A stretch of 64,000 nucleotides of DNA. Origin: a virus. The DNA lies in the IMG/VR virus record IMGVR_UViG_3300031227_000018, positions 1-64,000 of that record; one strand, given 5' to 3'. How positions within the stretch are numbered: position 1 is the stretch's first letter; each line of letters starts with the position of its first letter. This document shows positions 8,391 through 18,472 of this stretch, one piece after another. Made by a program: the position numbers and the translations under genes. The notes beneath the pieces were generated by a model. That model did no database searches. It had not been told where the DNA came from and worked only from the letters and a program-made list of their open reading frames with translations.

Positions 8391-8999
8391 GTGAATAGCA
8401 TCAAGTCACATTGCCCAATCTTGATAAGAAATAAACTCCCTAATACAATTTGTCCTTTCGCTTTAAACTCTATCCGTAGAGCTCGCGGTGAGAATATTGT
8501 CAAATCTTTCTATTATGATATAGAGGTTTTAGAAAGGGATTGTTGTGATTGGTATATTTTAGATGAAGAATCATGTCATTGTTTCTGGAAGTTTTGGTCA
8601 AACCCTGATAATGTAAGGGAATATACGTTAGAGGAAATAGCAGCTTTAACATGTGTTACAACAGCAACGGTGTATAATATAGAGCAGAAGGCATTAGCGA
8701 AAATTGCATTAGTTTATATTAACAATGTCGATGATTTAGATTTTAAGATTGAAAACATACAAGAGTTGAAGAAGGAGTTTGAGAAGAGGTGTAGGAAGAT
8801 TAAGGAAGTTGATGAGGAGATGTATGAGACTGCAACAGTAATAAGAATTAAGGCTTATCAAAAGGGGTTTTCGTTTCACCCATCTTATTCAGAAGAACCT
8901 ACCTCAGATTTTCATTCAGTAATAAAGTCGACTCCGTTCATTCCCCAAAAACAGATGAAATTACCGATATCTTTAATGTTTGATTTTGTTAAAAATTAG
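8391..8999 (+). CDS. Cys-rich protein with a sigma-70 region 4.2 HTH; candidate late transcription factor
   Basis: EYTLEEIAALTCVTTATVYNIEQKALAKI resembles sigma70 YTLEEVG..F.VTRERIRQIEAKALRKL; no region 2 recognised. Confidence 0.7.
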   Translation: MNSIKSHCPILIRNKLPNTICPFALNSIRRARGENIVKSFYYDIEVLERDCCDWYILDEESCHCFWKFWSNPDNVREYTLEEIAALTCVTTATVYNIEQKALAKIALVYINNVDDLDFKIENIQELKKEFEKRCRKIKEVDEEMYETATVIRIKAYQKGFSFHPSYSEEPTSDFHSVIKSTPFIPQKQMKLPISLMFDFVKN

Positions 9000-9018
9000 T
9001 TAGCAAAATAAGTATACT
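8990..9018 (+). promoter_or_regulatory. putative late promoter TAAAAA-N17-TATACT
   Basis: Member of a fixed-spacing motif family; ATG 8 nt downstream. Confidence 0.7.
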
Positions 9019-9026
9019 TTTAGCTG

Positions 9027-9227
9027 ATGATATCTATTGAACATTTATACCCAGATATTGAGGGTAGTGTAGATGCTGCCATACGTTTTCTTATTGGATT
9101 GTCTCATGACGAGACTATTGATAATCTAAAAATAACAATAGCAAAATATAAAAAGCATAATCAAAAAAGGTATCGTGTCGTTTTATCAAAGGTTTTAGTC
9201 AAAGACAAAGTGAAGGGATCAAAATGA
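9027..9227 (+). CDS. hypothetical protein
   Basis: First gene after the promoter motif; no SD. Confidence 0.55.
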   Translation: MISIEHLYPDIEGSVDAAIRFLIGLSHDETIDNLKITIAKYKKHNQKRYRVVLSKVLVKDKVKGSK

Positions 9228-11419
9228 AATCCAATTTTCAAATAAGTCTCCCAGTAGAATTATGTGAGAAGTCTAAGCAAGGGTGGAAGATTAAGGGTGT
9301 CGCTTCTACTGATGACAAAGATCTTCAAGGTGAAATAGTGAAGCAGCAGGGGCTTGACTTTTCTCATATTCGTAAAGGTCTGGGGTTGTTTAACTGGAAT
9401 CATAAGAATGATCCTCAATACATATTGGGCAAGATTGATAAGGCATATCTGGATAAGCAGAATAGGAGTATCGTTGAAGGTTACCTTTTTGAGCATCAGG
9501 ATAATGCTAAGGCAATCGTCAATATAATGAAGTCATTAGAACCAGAAGATAAGCATCGTATTCAGATGTCTATTGAGGGTAAAATAGTTCAAAGAAGTGG
9601 GAATAGTGGGAGCACAATTAAGCAGGCTAAAGTGGAAAAGGTTGCACTCACTCTTGATGCTGTTAATCGAAAGACTTACACTGAATTTGCTAAGTCTCTC
9701 TTATCAGATGAAGATGTCGACACCGACGAAGATACATTAAAAAAGGTTGATATCAAAGGACTTGATGATAAGATTGAGGCATTGACGAAGATGTTGACAG
9801 TTGGAGACGGTGGGGATAAGGCTCCGGGAACAAGAAGTGGTGGGAGTGCTATCGTTGAAGAGGATCTTGATGATGATTTAACTGATGTCGGTGAAAAGAA
9901 GTGTCCTGGCAGCAAAATACGTTCAAAAGGTAAGGGAAGGGGTAAGGGTGTTGGTGAGAAAAAAGGCCCCATTGGTCGTCATGGTGATATTGATAGAAAA
10001 GGTAAGGGGCCAGCTGATAAGGCATTTGTTGATGACGATGAAAACGATAATGATGATGAATTGAAGAAGCCAACTAAGAAGGCGTTTGATCGTTGTGAAG
10101 CGATAAGGCTGTTACATAAAGCCACATGGCTTAGGATGAAAAAGGCATACCCTGATCTATCATTAGATACTATCATGCATATGACTGATAATTTGGTTGA
10201 AGAAGCTCTAGAAAAGGGTTCTAAAAAGAATATCGTAAGTGATATTAGTGGTATTGTTTCTGAGATTGTGAAACTTAAAGCGGATGATGCTGAAAAGAAT
10301 AAGAAGGAAATCATCAAACTCCATGGACAGATAGATGAAAAGCTCCATAATTATGTTGGCAAAGAGGCGTTGACTCCTGGTGAAAAAGATGGTACCAAAA
10401 AATCATTATCATTCGCTCTCGATCTTATGAAGGGTGGTAAAGGTCTTCCAGTAGGCACCATTCGCGATTGGAAGGGTCAAAAGTATAAGAAGGAGGCCGA
10501 GGGTAAGTGGGTACCAGTCAAGGATCCTGGTGATGGTGGAAAAGCTCCAGAAGGGGAAGAGAAGAAGCCAGGTGGAGTTGATGGTATCAAAGAAAAGGTT
10601 TCAGCTAAGTTGAAGGAAATCAATCAAACGATGGGGAAGCTCACGCAGGATCTTGAGGCGTTGAAGGTGTTTGATGCTGAGCAGCTTGATTTTGCTGAGG
10701 GTGACTTACCTGATGATGAGGCTCTTAATGGTATGATTGAGAGTTTGAAGGGGACGAGAGAGAAGTTGGTGACAGGACAAAAGACAAAAGATAAGAATTT
10801 GGCCAGTAAGATTGAAGGTGGAGAAGGTGTTGATTGGGAATGGTCTGAAAAATTGTTAGATAGATTAGTTGGAGATATAGAACATGGTGACATTAAATAC
10901 ACATCTGAGTATACCGATAAATTGAAAGAATTAGCAAGTGAAAGCGGGGATAAAAAGTTTTCGGAATTTGTTGACAACCTCAGTGATGCTTTGGATAATG
11001 CTGAGAAAGATGACGATGCTGACGATGAAATTGCTAATTTACAAGAATATGTTTGGAATAAGGGTAAGATTGAGGGTGGTGAAGATAAGAAGCGGTCTAG
11101 TGATATCCGTGATGCTTCTATTCATGTGGACAATATTGTTGATGAAATAAAGGATCTTGGATATACCAGCGGTGAACTGGCTAATTCAGCTAATGAACTT
11201 AGAGAGGCTCAATCGGTTTTAGAAGAAAAGAAAGATGCTCAATCCATGAGATCTTTGGCTTCTACGGCAAAAGAAATTAAAGTAAAATTAGAAGAGTACG
11301 AAGATGTTGATGATAGTAATTCGGTGTTTGAAGATATCGATGGTTTGATTGGAATAGAAATTACAGAAGGCGAAGATAAGAAAGAAGATAAGAAAGAAGA
11401 TAAGAAAGCCAAACAATAA
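9224..11419 (+). CDS. prohead protease with long charged C-terminal extension
   Basis: IKGVAST..KDLQGE, NWNH, ILG, MSIEG, VALT..VN match HK97/Twort-type protease motifs in the first ~160 aa. Confidence 0.85.
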   Translation: MKSNFQISLPVELCEKSKQGWKIKGVASTDDKDLQGEIVKQQGLDFSHIRKGLGLFNWNHKNDPQYILGKIDKAYLDKQNRSIVEGYLFEHQDNAKAIVNIMKSLEPEDKHRIQMSIEGKIVQRSGNSGSTIKQAKVEKVALTLDAVNRKTYTEFAKSLLSDEDVDTDEDTLKKVDIKGLDDKIEALTKMLTVGDGGDKAPGTRSGGSAIVEEDLDDDLTDVGEKKCPGSKIRSKGKGRGKGVGEKKGPIGRHGDIDRKGKGPADKAFVDDDENDNDDELKKPTKKAFDRCEAIRLLHKATWLRMKKAYPDLSLDTIMHMTDNLVEEALEKGSKKNIVSDISGIVSEIVKLKADDAEKNKKEIIKLHGQIDEKLHNYVGKEALTPGEKDGTKKSLSFALDLMKGGKGLPVGTIRDWKGQKYKKEAEGKWVPVKDPGDGGKAPEGEEKKPGGVDGIKEKVSAKLKEINQTMGKLTQDLEALKVFDAEQLDFAEGDLPDDEALNGMIESLKGTREKLVTGQKTKDKNLASKIEGGEGVDWEWSEKLLDRLVGDIEHGDIKYTSEYTDKLKELASESGDKKFSEFVDNLSDALDNAEKDDDADDEIANLQEYVWNKGKIEGGEDKKRSSDIRDASIHVDNIVDEIKDLGYTSGELANSANELREAQSVLEEKKDAQSMRSLASTAKEIKVKLEEYEDVDDSNSVFEDIDGLIGIEITEGEDKKEDKKEDKKAKQ
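11372..11407 (+). repeat. 12-bp tandem repeat (GAAGATAAGAAA)x3
   Basis: Read directly; encodes EDKK x3. Confidence 0.9.
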
Positions 11420-11710
11420 ATGACAACATTAAGAAAGTCTAGAAGACTGTCGCCAGGTAAGAAGGTATTGAGACCTAACAGTTTAAAAACTAAGTTGACA
11501 CGAACTAAGCCGAGGGAGATAGTTGAGAAGGAAGTTTTAGTCAAAGAAGTTGATGAAGTGGTAGTTGAAAAGGTGATCAAAGAAGAAGCAATTAAGAAGG
11601 TGGTGAAAGAAGAGGTAGTTAAGAAGGTTCCAACTAAAACTTCATGGTTCAGACGAGCCTATTCAACTGTAATTTCTTATTTAAGAGGTGGAGGTAGCAA
11701 TGTTAAATGA
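11420..11710 (+). CDS. V/E/K-rich protein, possible internal head protein
   Basis: Follows the protease; LRK-S motif. Confidence 0.55.
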   Translation: MTTLRKSRRLSPGKKVLRPNSLKTKLTRTKPREIVEKEVLVKEVDEVVVEKVIKEEAIKKVVKEEVVKKVPTKTSWFRRAYSTVISYLRGGGSNVK

Positions 11711-12092
11711 AAAGAAGAGTCAGAATGTTCTTGATATGTATGCTGTTGAAGACTTAGCTAAAGGCCGCGTTAGCCTTGAGGTGATGCAGTATTTATTGAG
11801 AAAGGGTGGTCCAGGAAGTGGGGTAAAAGGGCATAAAACATCTAAAGACCAAGAAAATAAATTAAGAAAAGAATATAGCGATTTAGTAGAAGAGGTGGAT
11901 CATCTTACATTGAAAAGAAAGCAATTTCCAGATAACAAAGATAGGTATAACAAAGAAATAAAGAAGTTAGAGGGTAAACAAGATAAAGTTTTGTCTGATT
12001 TAAAAGCATTGAGGTCTCGTAAGATTAATCCGTCTCACATAAAAGATACTGTAAGGGATGGTATGAAGCAAAACAAGGAGAATCTCAATTAA
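11700..12092 (+). CDS. probable internal head protein
   Basis: LRK-GGPGSGVKGH motif plus coiled coil. Confidence 0.6.
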   Translation: MLNEKKSQNVLDMYAVEDLAKGRVSLEVMQYLLRKGGPGSGVKGHKTSKDQENKLRKEYSDLVEEVDHLTLKRKQFPDNKDRYNKEIKKLEGKQDKVLSDLKALRSRKINPSHIKDTVRDGMKQNKENLN

Positions 12093-12094
12093 TC

Positions 12095-12298
12095 ATGACA
12101 GTCGATAAAAAACACATGGATTTACATAAAAAAGAAAAGATGAAGCAGGCACTTCTTGACAAACTTAGAGCGATTAGTACGATGAGAATAACACTTCAAA
12201 GGAAGCCGAATCTTGTTAAGTCTCAGGAGTTGGATGAGTGGGAGGGTAGGGTGATAGCTGAAATAGAGGAGATAGACGATGATAATAACACCATTTGA
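12095..12298 (+). CDS. hypothetical protein
   Basis: ORF in operon; LVK-S motif. Confidence 0.55.
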   Translation: MTVDKKHMDLHKKEKMKQALLDKLRAISTMRITLQRKPNLVKSQELDEWEGRVIAEIEEIDDDNNTI

Positions 12299-12551
12299 TA
12301 GAAGTAAGACTGCAGAAATGAACAGACACTTGGTTCCCAAGATTTACAGGGAACTGAAAGCGTTTCGCTATGGTAAACAGGATGTAAAGAATTTCTTCAG
12401 TAGTCAACAAGGTAGATTCCTCGCTAATAAGATTGCAGCCATTTATAGGGATTCCATTTTACCTTTGAAGGAGAAAGAAAAGAATATCATGCGAATTGTC
12501 AGAAACACTTATGTAAATTATCGAATAGGGCAGAGAAGTTTATCTATCTAA
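12279..12551 (+). CDS. basic hypothetical protein
   Basis: GAGGAG RBS. Confidence 0.6.
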   Translation: MIITPFDRSKTAEMNRHLVPKIYRELKAFRYGKQDVKNFFSSQQGRFLANKIAAIYRDSILPLKEKEKNIMRIVRNTYVNYRIGQRSLSI

Positions 12552-12564
12552 AAAGTATTTCAGC

Positions 12565-12593
12565 TAAAAATAAAACTTAAAAAACAATATAAT
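12565..12593 (+). promoter_or_regulatory. putative late promoter TAAAAA-N17-TATAAT
   Basis: Motif family member. Confidence 0.7.
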
Positions 12594-12615
12594 AAAGTGG
12601 TAGAGGAGGAAGACC

Positions 12616-12969
12616 TTGGCTTTAGAAAACTTTAGGATATCAGGAGGGTTATCGGTATCGGATACGGTTATCAGTAATGCCGATTCTTTTGATGCTATAT
12701 TGGATACATTTTATGAACTCATCAAGCCCACTTCGGGTGGGGGTGAAGGAATCGTCGTAGTGGATGATGCTAAGTTGAGCTTAACTAAGGCAGGAGCTGA
12801 TAAGAAGTTATATTTAAGCAGTGACGGTACATGGAGTGGAACTACGGTTGAGACTGCGGATGAGAACACTGAGATTGATGATATAAAGAGTGTAACCATT
12901 TATATAGATCAAAATGGTATGAAGATGATGGTGGATGTGAGTTCATGTGAAGCCGATATCACTGCTTAG
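12616..12969 (+). CDS. putative virion decoration protein
   Basis: Paralog of the N-terminal half of 12984-13730. Confidence 0.6.
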   Translation: MALENFRISGGLSVSDTVISNADSFDAILDTFYELIKPTSGGGEGIVVVDDAKLSLTKAGADKKLYLSSDGTWSGTTVETADENTEIDDIKSVTIYIDQNGMKMMVDVSSCEADITA

Positions 12970-12983
12970 GGTTTATATGCTAT

Positions 12984-13730
12984 ATGGCGATAGAGAAACT
13001 AAAATTTTTGAGTGCTGGAGAGGTTCAAACTGCTACTTCTGAAGAGGATATTGAAGAAGTTATAGGCGGTGAAGTCTATGACATGATATCTACAATAAAG
13101 GGTCGTGTGAGGGTGGACGATGCGAAGTTGGCGGTAACTAAGGCAGGAAGTGGGAAGCAATTATGGGTGGATAGCGATGGAACGTGGGTTGGTACCACTG
13201 TTAAGACGGCAGACGGTGTTACCACTTTTGATAATTTAAAGAGTGTGACGATTCGTCTTGATAGTAGTGGATTGAAAGTGGCTGTTCGTTGTGATCCAAT
13301 TGAGGTGGATCTCAGTAATGTTTCTCAAGGAGTGATTATGTCGAAAGTTACAAAAGCAGTGACATTCAGCAACACCACTGGCACTGTAGATTTATTTACG
13401 GTTACGGGGGATGTTCAAATTAAACTGTTAGCTGTAGCTAAAACCACTTGCGCTTCGGTTGCTGATTGTAACGCTCAAGTAGGTATCGCTGGGGATCTGG
13501 ATGCGATATTGCCTGATACGGATATCACTTTGTTAGCTGCTGAAGAAATTTGGAATGATACTTTTCCATCTTCAGAAATAGAAGCAATGGGGGAATCTTC
13601 AAGAGATTATAATATATCAGATGGCAACGATATAATAATGACTTTATCAGCCCAAGCAGATTCAGGTGCCATCACATTTTATTGTTTTTGGACGCCATTG
13701 TCTGCTAATGGAAATGTAGTAGCAGCATAA
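12984..13730 (+). CDS. putative virion decoration protein, two domains
   Basis: Shared VDDAKL..TKAG..SDGTW.GTTV.TAD domain plus a beta-rich C-terminal domain. Confidence 0.6.
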   Translation: MAIEKLKFLSAGEVQTATSEEDIEEVIGGEVYDMISTIKGRVRVDDAKLAVTKAGSGKQLWVDSDGTWVGTTVKTADGVTTFDNLKSVTIRLDSSGLKVAVRCDPIEVDLSNVSQGVIMSKVTKAVTFSNTTGTVDLFTVTGDVQIKLLAVAKTTCASVADCNAQVGIAGDLDAILPDTDITLLAAEEIWNDTFPSSEIEAMGESSRDYNISDGNDIIMTLSAQADSGAITFYCFWTPLSANGNVVAA

Positions 13731-13740
13731 GGGAGGAAAT

Positions 13741-14178
13741 ATGGGTGGAGTGTATGTAGCAGGAAAACCGACTACGGGTGATAGGATTCATGTTATTAAC
13801 GAGCATCTTCATGGAAGGTGTTATTGTTACCCCACATTAGCAGCGGATATAAATGTTTCAGATGGGGGGAGTTCATGGGCTGAGGGGTCTTTAACTCAAA
13901 TTGTGGCAGCAGGGGTTATAACGATGCCATTTGATATTCATTATTTATCTGTCAGTGCTGTTTCTAATAAAGATTTGTATGAACTTTCGCTTTATTATGG
14001 AGATACTGATATTGAATGTGGGAGAATAAGGTTTGCGAGGGATTCTAACCAATATAATCCCCCTCACATTCCATTTATGACTCCACTTTTGCCTGCTGGT
14101 TCAAGAATAAGGGCAAAGTTGGCCAGTTTAACTGGTGGATTTGATGCAGATATCAGTGTTTTTTATCACATGTATTAA
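13741..14178 (+). CDS. putative structural beta-sandwich protein
   Basis: Beta-rich; late-region context. Confidence 0.5.
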   Translation: MGGVYVAGKPTTGDRIHVINEHLHGRCYCYPTLAADINVSDGGSSWAEGSLTQIVAAGVITMPFDIHYLSVSAVSNKDLYELSLYYGDTDIECGRIRFARDSNQYNPPHIPFMTPLLPAGSRIRAKLASLTGGFDADISVFYHMY

Positions 14179-14192
14179 TAGAGGAGAATATT

Positions 14193-15056
14193 ATGGGCGG
14201 AAACATAGACAATTCTTTAGAGTTACTTTCTCAAACCTTACAAGCTGATCATCAAGCATACGCTGGGAGAGTAACTCATCCGTATTTTTATATTCAGCAG
14301 GTAGCGTCTGCCGTTGGATTGTTGGCTGATCCGTCCACTCCGATAGCTCTTGCAACTGGTGGAACTGTGGCAGGTACTTTCACTGTAGCTGGCTTGGGAA
14401 CTTTGGTTGAGGGATTAAGAACGAGTGTTCGTGCTGATGGTGAAGAAACTTTGGACGTGATAATTTCTGATATCACTGGTTTAACTATCACGGTTGGATT
14501 AGCTGAGACTCCGGGGACTTTAGATCTCAGTGCTTATACCGTGGCAAAGAATGCATCCGTTTTATCAATGTCCGCATCTAACACTATTTGGGAATTGTTA
14601 GGGTTGCCATTTGGTATGAGGACTATGGGACGTTACGTCAATGTTGCTACGTGGCAAAATTTAGTTAACGGTCAATTCGGTTGTTTTCGTTTGACTCAAG
14701 ATGGCAAGTTGATGACTGATGCTACCTTTTCTGGAGCAATCACTGTCAATACAGATCCCATTAGATTCAATAGAAGGTTTTATGTTGAAATAACTGTTAC
14801 TGATGCAGATCAGGCTATTAGTTTCGTGGACGCGGTTCATGGAGCATTTTTAGCAGACTTAATCATGATTGCTAATGATGATGCTGCAAATGCTGTATAT
14901 TATGATTATGGAGCAGCCGCAGTGGCAGATGCTAATCATGGGAAGGTTTTAGATGGAGAGGTTTTTGAAAGTCAATATCAGAGTGGTAATATTCATGTAA
15001 TTTGCGCAGCAGGTCTAACTGCTCTCATTCGTGTTTGGGGTTGGGCGGAGGCATAA
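14193..15056 (+). CDS. putative structural protein
   Basis: A/G/T/V-rich; shares a module with the sheath and baseplate proteins. Confidence 0.6.
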   Translation: MGGNIDNSLELLSQTLQADHQAYAGRVTHPYFYIQQVASAVGLLADPSTPIALATGGTVAGTFTVAGLGTLVEGLRTSVRADGEETLDVIISDITGLTITVGLAETPGTLDLSAYTVAKNASVLSMSASNTIWELLGLPFGMRTMGRYVNVATWQNLVNGQFGCFRLTQDGKLMTDATFSGAITVNTDPIRFNRRFYVEITVTDADQAISFVDAVHGAFLADLIMIANDDAANAVYYDYGAAAVADANHGKVLDGEVFESQYQSGNIHVICAAGLTALIRVWGWAEA

Positions 15057-15059
15057 TCA

Positions 15060-15944
15060 ATGACTAGTCTTATAAAACCTGGTCTTAAATATGATGGAAC
15101 CCCTTCTGTTGGTGATATTGTGGAGATGGCAGGTTCCAAGTTAGTTGGACAGGGTGTGTACAATAACGCTACTCCAATTCCGGTTACGATTGGTGGAATT
15201 TTAGCAGGTGATACATTTCTTGATGTTCCGATTAAGACACTGTTAACGAATTTGTTATATCCATATATCGCTCCATCTATCACTTTATCATCGAATCCAG
15301 CTCAAGGGTTAAGGGAAAAGGGTGACGACATTGTTGTGGGGGTGGATTTAACTGCTACCACTACGAAGAATACCAACAATATTACGTCGGTTGTGTTTCA
15401 GCGTCCTGTGGGGGTGTTGCTTTATAATGTACCAGTACCGATTCCAGCTGGTGGAGCGGAGCTTTACACTGATCCTGTTGGTATTTTATCGGTTAACACC
15501 ACGTATAGGGCAGTTGTGGGTGACGGAGTTGTGACAGCAAATTCAAACACGTTATCGTTTAGATTTGTTTATCCTTTCTTTTATGGAGTTGGAGCGGCTG
15601 GTTTAACAGGTGCGATGATTTATGCAGCATTTAATCATGCTGATCCAAATGTAACAGGAGCTAAGATTATCCAGAATCAGGCGGATACAACAAGAACGAT
15701 GTCTCCCACAGCTCAATACTACTATTTTTGCTATCCGGCTACGCTCCCTGACTTAACTGTTATCTATGATGGTAACGGATTCGATGTTTCGGCTGATTTT
15801 GGTGCTGGCCCATATGTTCCAGGAACGATAGCTCCTTTACGAACTGTAAATATTCTAGGGCTTGATGGATCGATTCAGATTTATAAAGTTTACGAATATG
15901 CGAATTTGACAAGTCTTTCACAGGCACTAACTTTTAATTTTTAA
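15060..15944 (+). CDS. putative structural protein (Ig-like)
   Basis: Beta-rich; precedes the fibre gene. Confidence 0.6.
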   Translation: MTSLIKPGLKYDGTPSVGDIVEMAGSKLVGQGVYNNATPIPVTIGGILAGDTFLDVPIKTLLTNLLYPYIAPSITLSSNPAQGLREKGDDIVVGVDLTATTTKNTNNITSVVFQRPVGVLLYNVPVPIPAGGAELYTDPVGILSVNTTYRAVVGDGVVTANSNTLSFRFVYPFFYGVGAAGLTGAMIYAAFNHADPNVTGAKIIQNQADTTRTMSPTAQYYYFCYPATLPDLTVIYDGNGFDVSADFGAGPYVPGTIAPLRTVNILGLDGSIQIYKVYEYANLTSLSQALTFNF

Positions 15945-15956
15945 GAAGGGTAGATT

Positions 15957-18458
15957 ATGTCCATTAATATAGCATCAAATTTTCATCTTTTTGCTCAGTT
16001 ACCATTAGATGAAAGAACTGTTGTAGCTGATGTTACTGCTAGGGACGCCATTCCAGCTGGAGAACGGTTTGATGGGATGGTTGTTTATGTTACAACTGGG
16101 TCTGCCACCTATCAACTTCAAGGTGGAATCACGAATCTAGATTGGGTTGTTTTTGGTGGTAGTGCAGCTTATGTATTTTCAAATGGTATCACTGAAGCAG
16201 CCGGAGCAGTTAAGTTGGGTGGAGCTTTAACTGCGAACACAACGATTAATACGACTGATTTTACCCTTATTTTTCAAGATGATAATGTATCTCCAGGTAC
16301 TCCGGGAAGTTACAGTTCGTTAACACCTTTTCAAATACTTTGCCCCAATTTTAGTCAAGTTGGCGATAAAGTCAGAGTTTTGCTAGGGCAGTCAGCAGCA
16401 GTTGGGCAAGCTGGTGCATTTGGATTTTATCGAGATAGTGGTAATAGCGACAACAACCATATTTATATGGGTGTGTTCGATGGTAATGATGAGGATATAG
16501 GGTTAGATATTTATAGAAGGACAAGCTTAGGGTATGGTCCGCAAGTAACTATAAATGCAAACCCTAAAGGGGACGCTGAATTCACTCTTCCTGGCCCTGC
16601 TGGTAAAATTTATTTAAGAGGGTTGTGGTTAACACCTGGTGAAATGGCTGGAATGACAACCACTGTAGTGGGAGACGTTGCTGGTGCTAGTGGTTTGTAT
16701 GTTAAGAACGATGGGGTTAATAATGAATTGTTTTATCGTTATGCTAATGATGGAGCAGAAGTTCAATTAACTGGAGCAGGGGCAGGGGTCTATACTTTTT
16801 CCAATGGATTGACTGAAGCAGCATTAGCGGTCAAGTTGGGCGGTGCTTTAACTGGTGCAACTGCAATAACAGCCACCGCAGCTAACACGTTATCAGTTAT
16901 TGCAACAACTGCTTCGGCAGAAGGAATATTTAGGCTTTATGATGCTAGTTTAACAGCGGGAAATAATATTACAGCATACGTTGGTAGGGATTTATCTTCC
17001 AACGAAGGGTTTATGTTTGGTTATCATTACGATGCTACTGATCCGTTTGCCTTTTTGATAGCGGCAGGAGGGAGTTTTGCTAACGAAGAAGGTCTTTATT
17101 ATAATATTGCTGATAAGATGTTGGGGATAAATGTTTTTGATCCAGATGCAAACTTAGCAGTTTACGCTATAAGCGGTGAAACTGTTATAAAGGGGTCGGG
17201 GGCTACAGGTTCAAATTATTCTGGAGAATTTCACGGTGCTGCTGATAAGGTACTGATTGGGTCTGCTACGGTTGACGGATCTTATAGTGTTGTAGCTCAG
17301 ACTTATCATGCTGGGATTTCGACAAATGAATATGCTGGAGTTATTGGATTTGCGGGTTATCAAACAGGTGTAACAGTACATCAGAGGGTTGGTGCTAGAA
17401 TTGCAGCGATTGCGGCCGCAGATTGGACCACAGACCATGCAAATTGGGCTCCTACTCACCTTATTTTCTGCACTCAGGATGAGACAGTTAATGATACCCT
17501 CAACACGATAAGGATGAGCGTTAGTAGTGATGGAAATGTTTCAATTGCTGACAATCTTCTTGGACCTGTTGAAAAATTGAGGGTTCAAGATTTAACGGCA
17601 AGAACAAGTGATTTGGTTAAATTCGCGATGGGTGGGATTGCTGTTCCAGTAACAACCAATGACACTGCTGCATTATGGTTAGAATCTTATGTTGCTCAGA
17701 CAGGATGTAGGAACATTCGTAGTGAATTGTATAGCGGTGGTCTTGGTGTTTTCGATGAAATAACTGGTATTTATTCCAGTGTTTCAACAAATGTTATTGA
17801 TGATGCAAGCTCCCTTGCCTCAGTATTTTATGGGGTGTTAAGTGATGCAGCAGGTTCTTCAGGTAAATTTGGAGTTTATGTCTCTGGAGGTGGAGCAACA
17901 TCGGGGGGATTTAATTACGATTTTACAGCTGTTGATAATTTAGGAATAAAACCATTCAAATCTACGGCAGGTTCAGGATATGGAACATATATCCAAGGTG
18001 GTGACGCAATAGCCATAGGGGATTGGAATGGAGGGTACGTTTATATAAATGGTGGAATTGAAAATGGAACGGGCGATGTTGGTAACGTATTAGTTGCAAA
18101 CACTCGTGGTAGTTGTGCAATAGGTAGTGGGATTCCGTTATCTAAGTTGCATTTATTTGGAGGTATGGCAGCAAACAGGACTGCTACGGCTATAGATTAT
18201 TCGGTTTTAAACACAGATTTCTTCATCGGTATCACAAACACGGATGCGTTACGTACAATAACGTTACCAGCGAATGTTACTTATGAAGATAAATTCTTCT
18301 TCTTTAAAGACGAATCTTATAATTGTTCATTGCATGGTATTTTATTGGTTGGTGTTGGTGGAGCAAAAGTGAATGACAGCGTATTAGGGTTTCTATTTCC
18401 CACAGATGGTTATGCGGCTGGGGTATATTGTGATGGCACCGATTGGCATGCGTTCTAA
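15957..18458 (+). CDS. fibre/appendage protein
   Basis: Gly/Ala-rich; internal repeat YxFSNGxTEAAxAVKLGGALT x2; fibre-like C-terminus. Confidence 0.7.
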   Translation: MSINIASNFHLFAQLPLDERTVVADVTARDAIPAGERFDGMVVYVTTGSATYQLQGGITNLDWVVFGGSAAYVFSNGITEAAGAVKLGGALTANTTINTTDFTLIFQDDNVSPGTPGSYSSLTPFQILCPNFSQVGDKVRVLLGQSAAVGQAGAFGFYRDSGNSDNNHIYMGVFDGNDEDIGLDIYRRTSLGYGPQVTINANPKGDAEFTLPGPAGKIYLRGLWLTPGEMAGMTTTVVGDVAGASGLYVKNDGVNNELFYRYANDGAEVQLTGAGAGVYTFSNGLTEAALAVKLGGALTGATAITATAANTLSVIATTASAEGIFRLYDASLTAGNNITAYVGRDLSSNEGFMFGYHYDATDPFAFLIAAGGSFANEEGLYYNIADKMLGINVFDPDANLAVYAISGETVIKGSGATGSNYSGEFHGAADKVLIGSATVDGSYSVVAQTYHAGISTNEYAGVIGFAGYQTGVTVHQRVGARIAAIAAADWTTDHANWAPTHLIFCTQDETVNDTLNTIRMSVSSDGNVSIADNLLGPVEKLRVQDLTARTSDLVKFAMGGIAVPVTTNDTAALWLESYVAQTGCRNIRSELYSGGLGVFDEITGIYSSVSTNVIDDASSLASVFYGVLSDAAGSSGKFGVYVSGGGATSGGFNYDFTAVDNLGIKPFKSTAGSGYGTYIQGGDAIAIGDWNGGYVYINGGIENGTGDVGNVLVANTRGSCAIGSGIPLSKLHLFGGMAANRTATAIDYSVLNTDFFIGITNTDALRTITLPANVTYEDKFFFFKDESYNCSLHGILLVGVGGAKVNDSVLGFLFPTDGYAAGVYCDGTDWHAF

Positions 18459-18472
18459 TCAAGGAGAATTGA

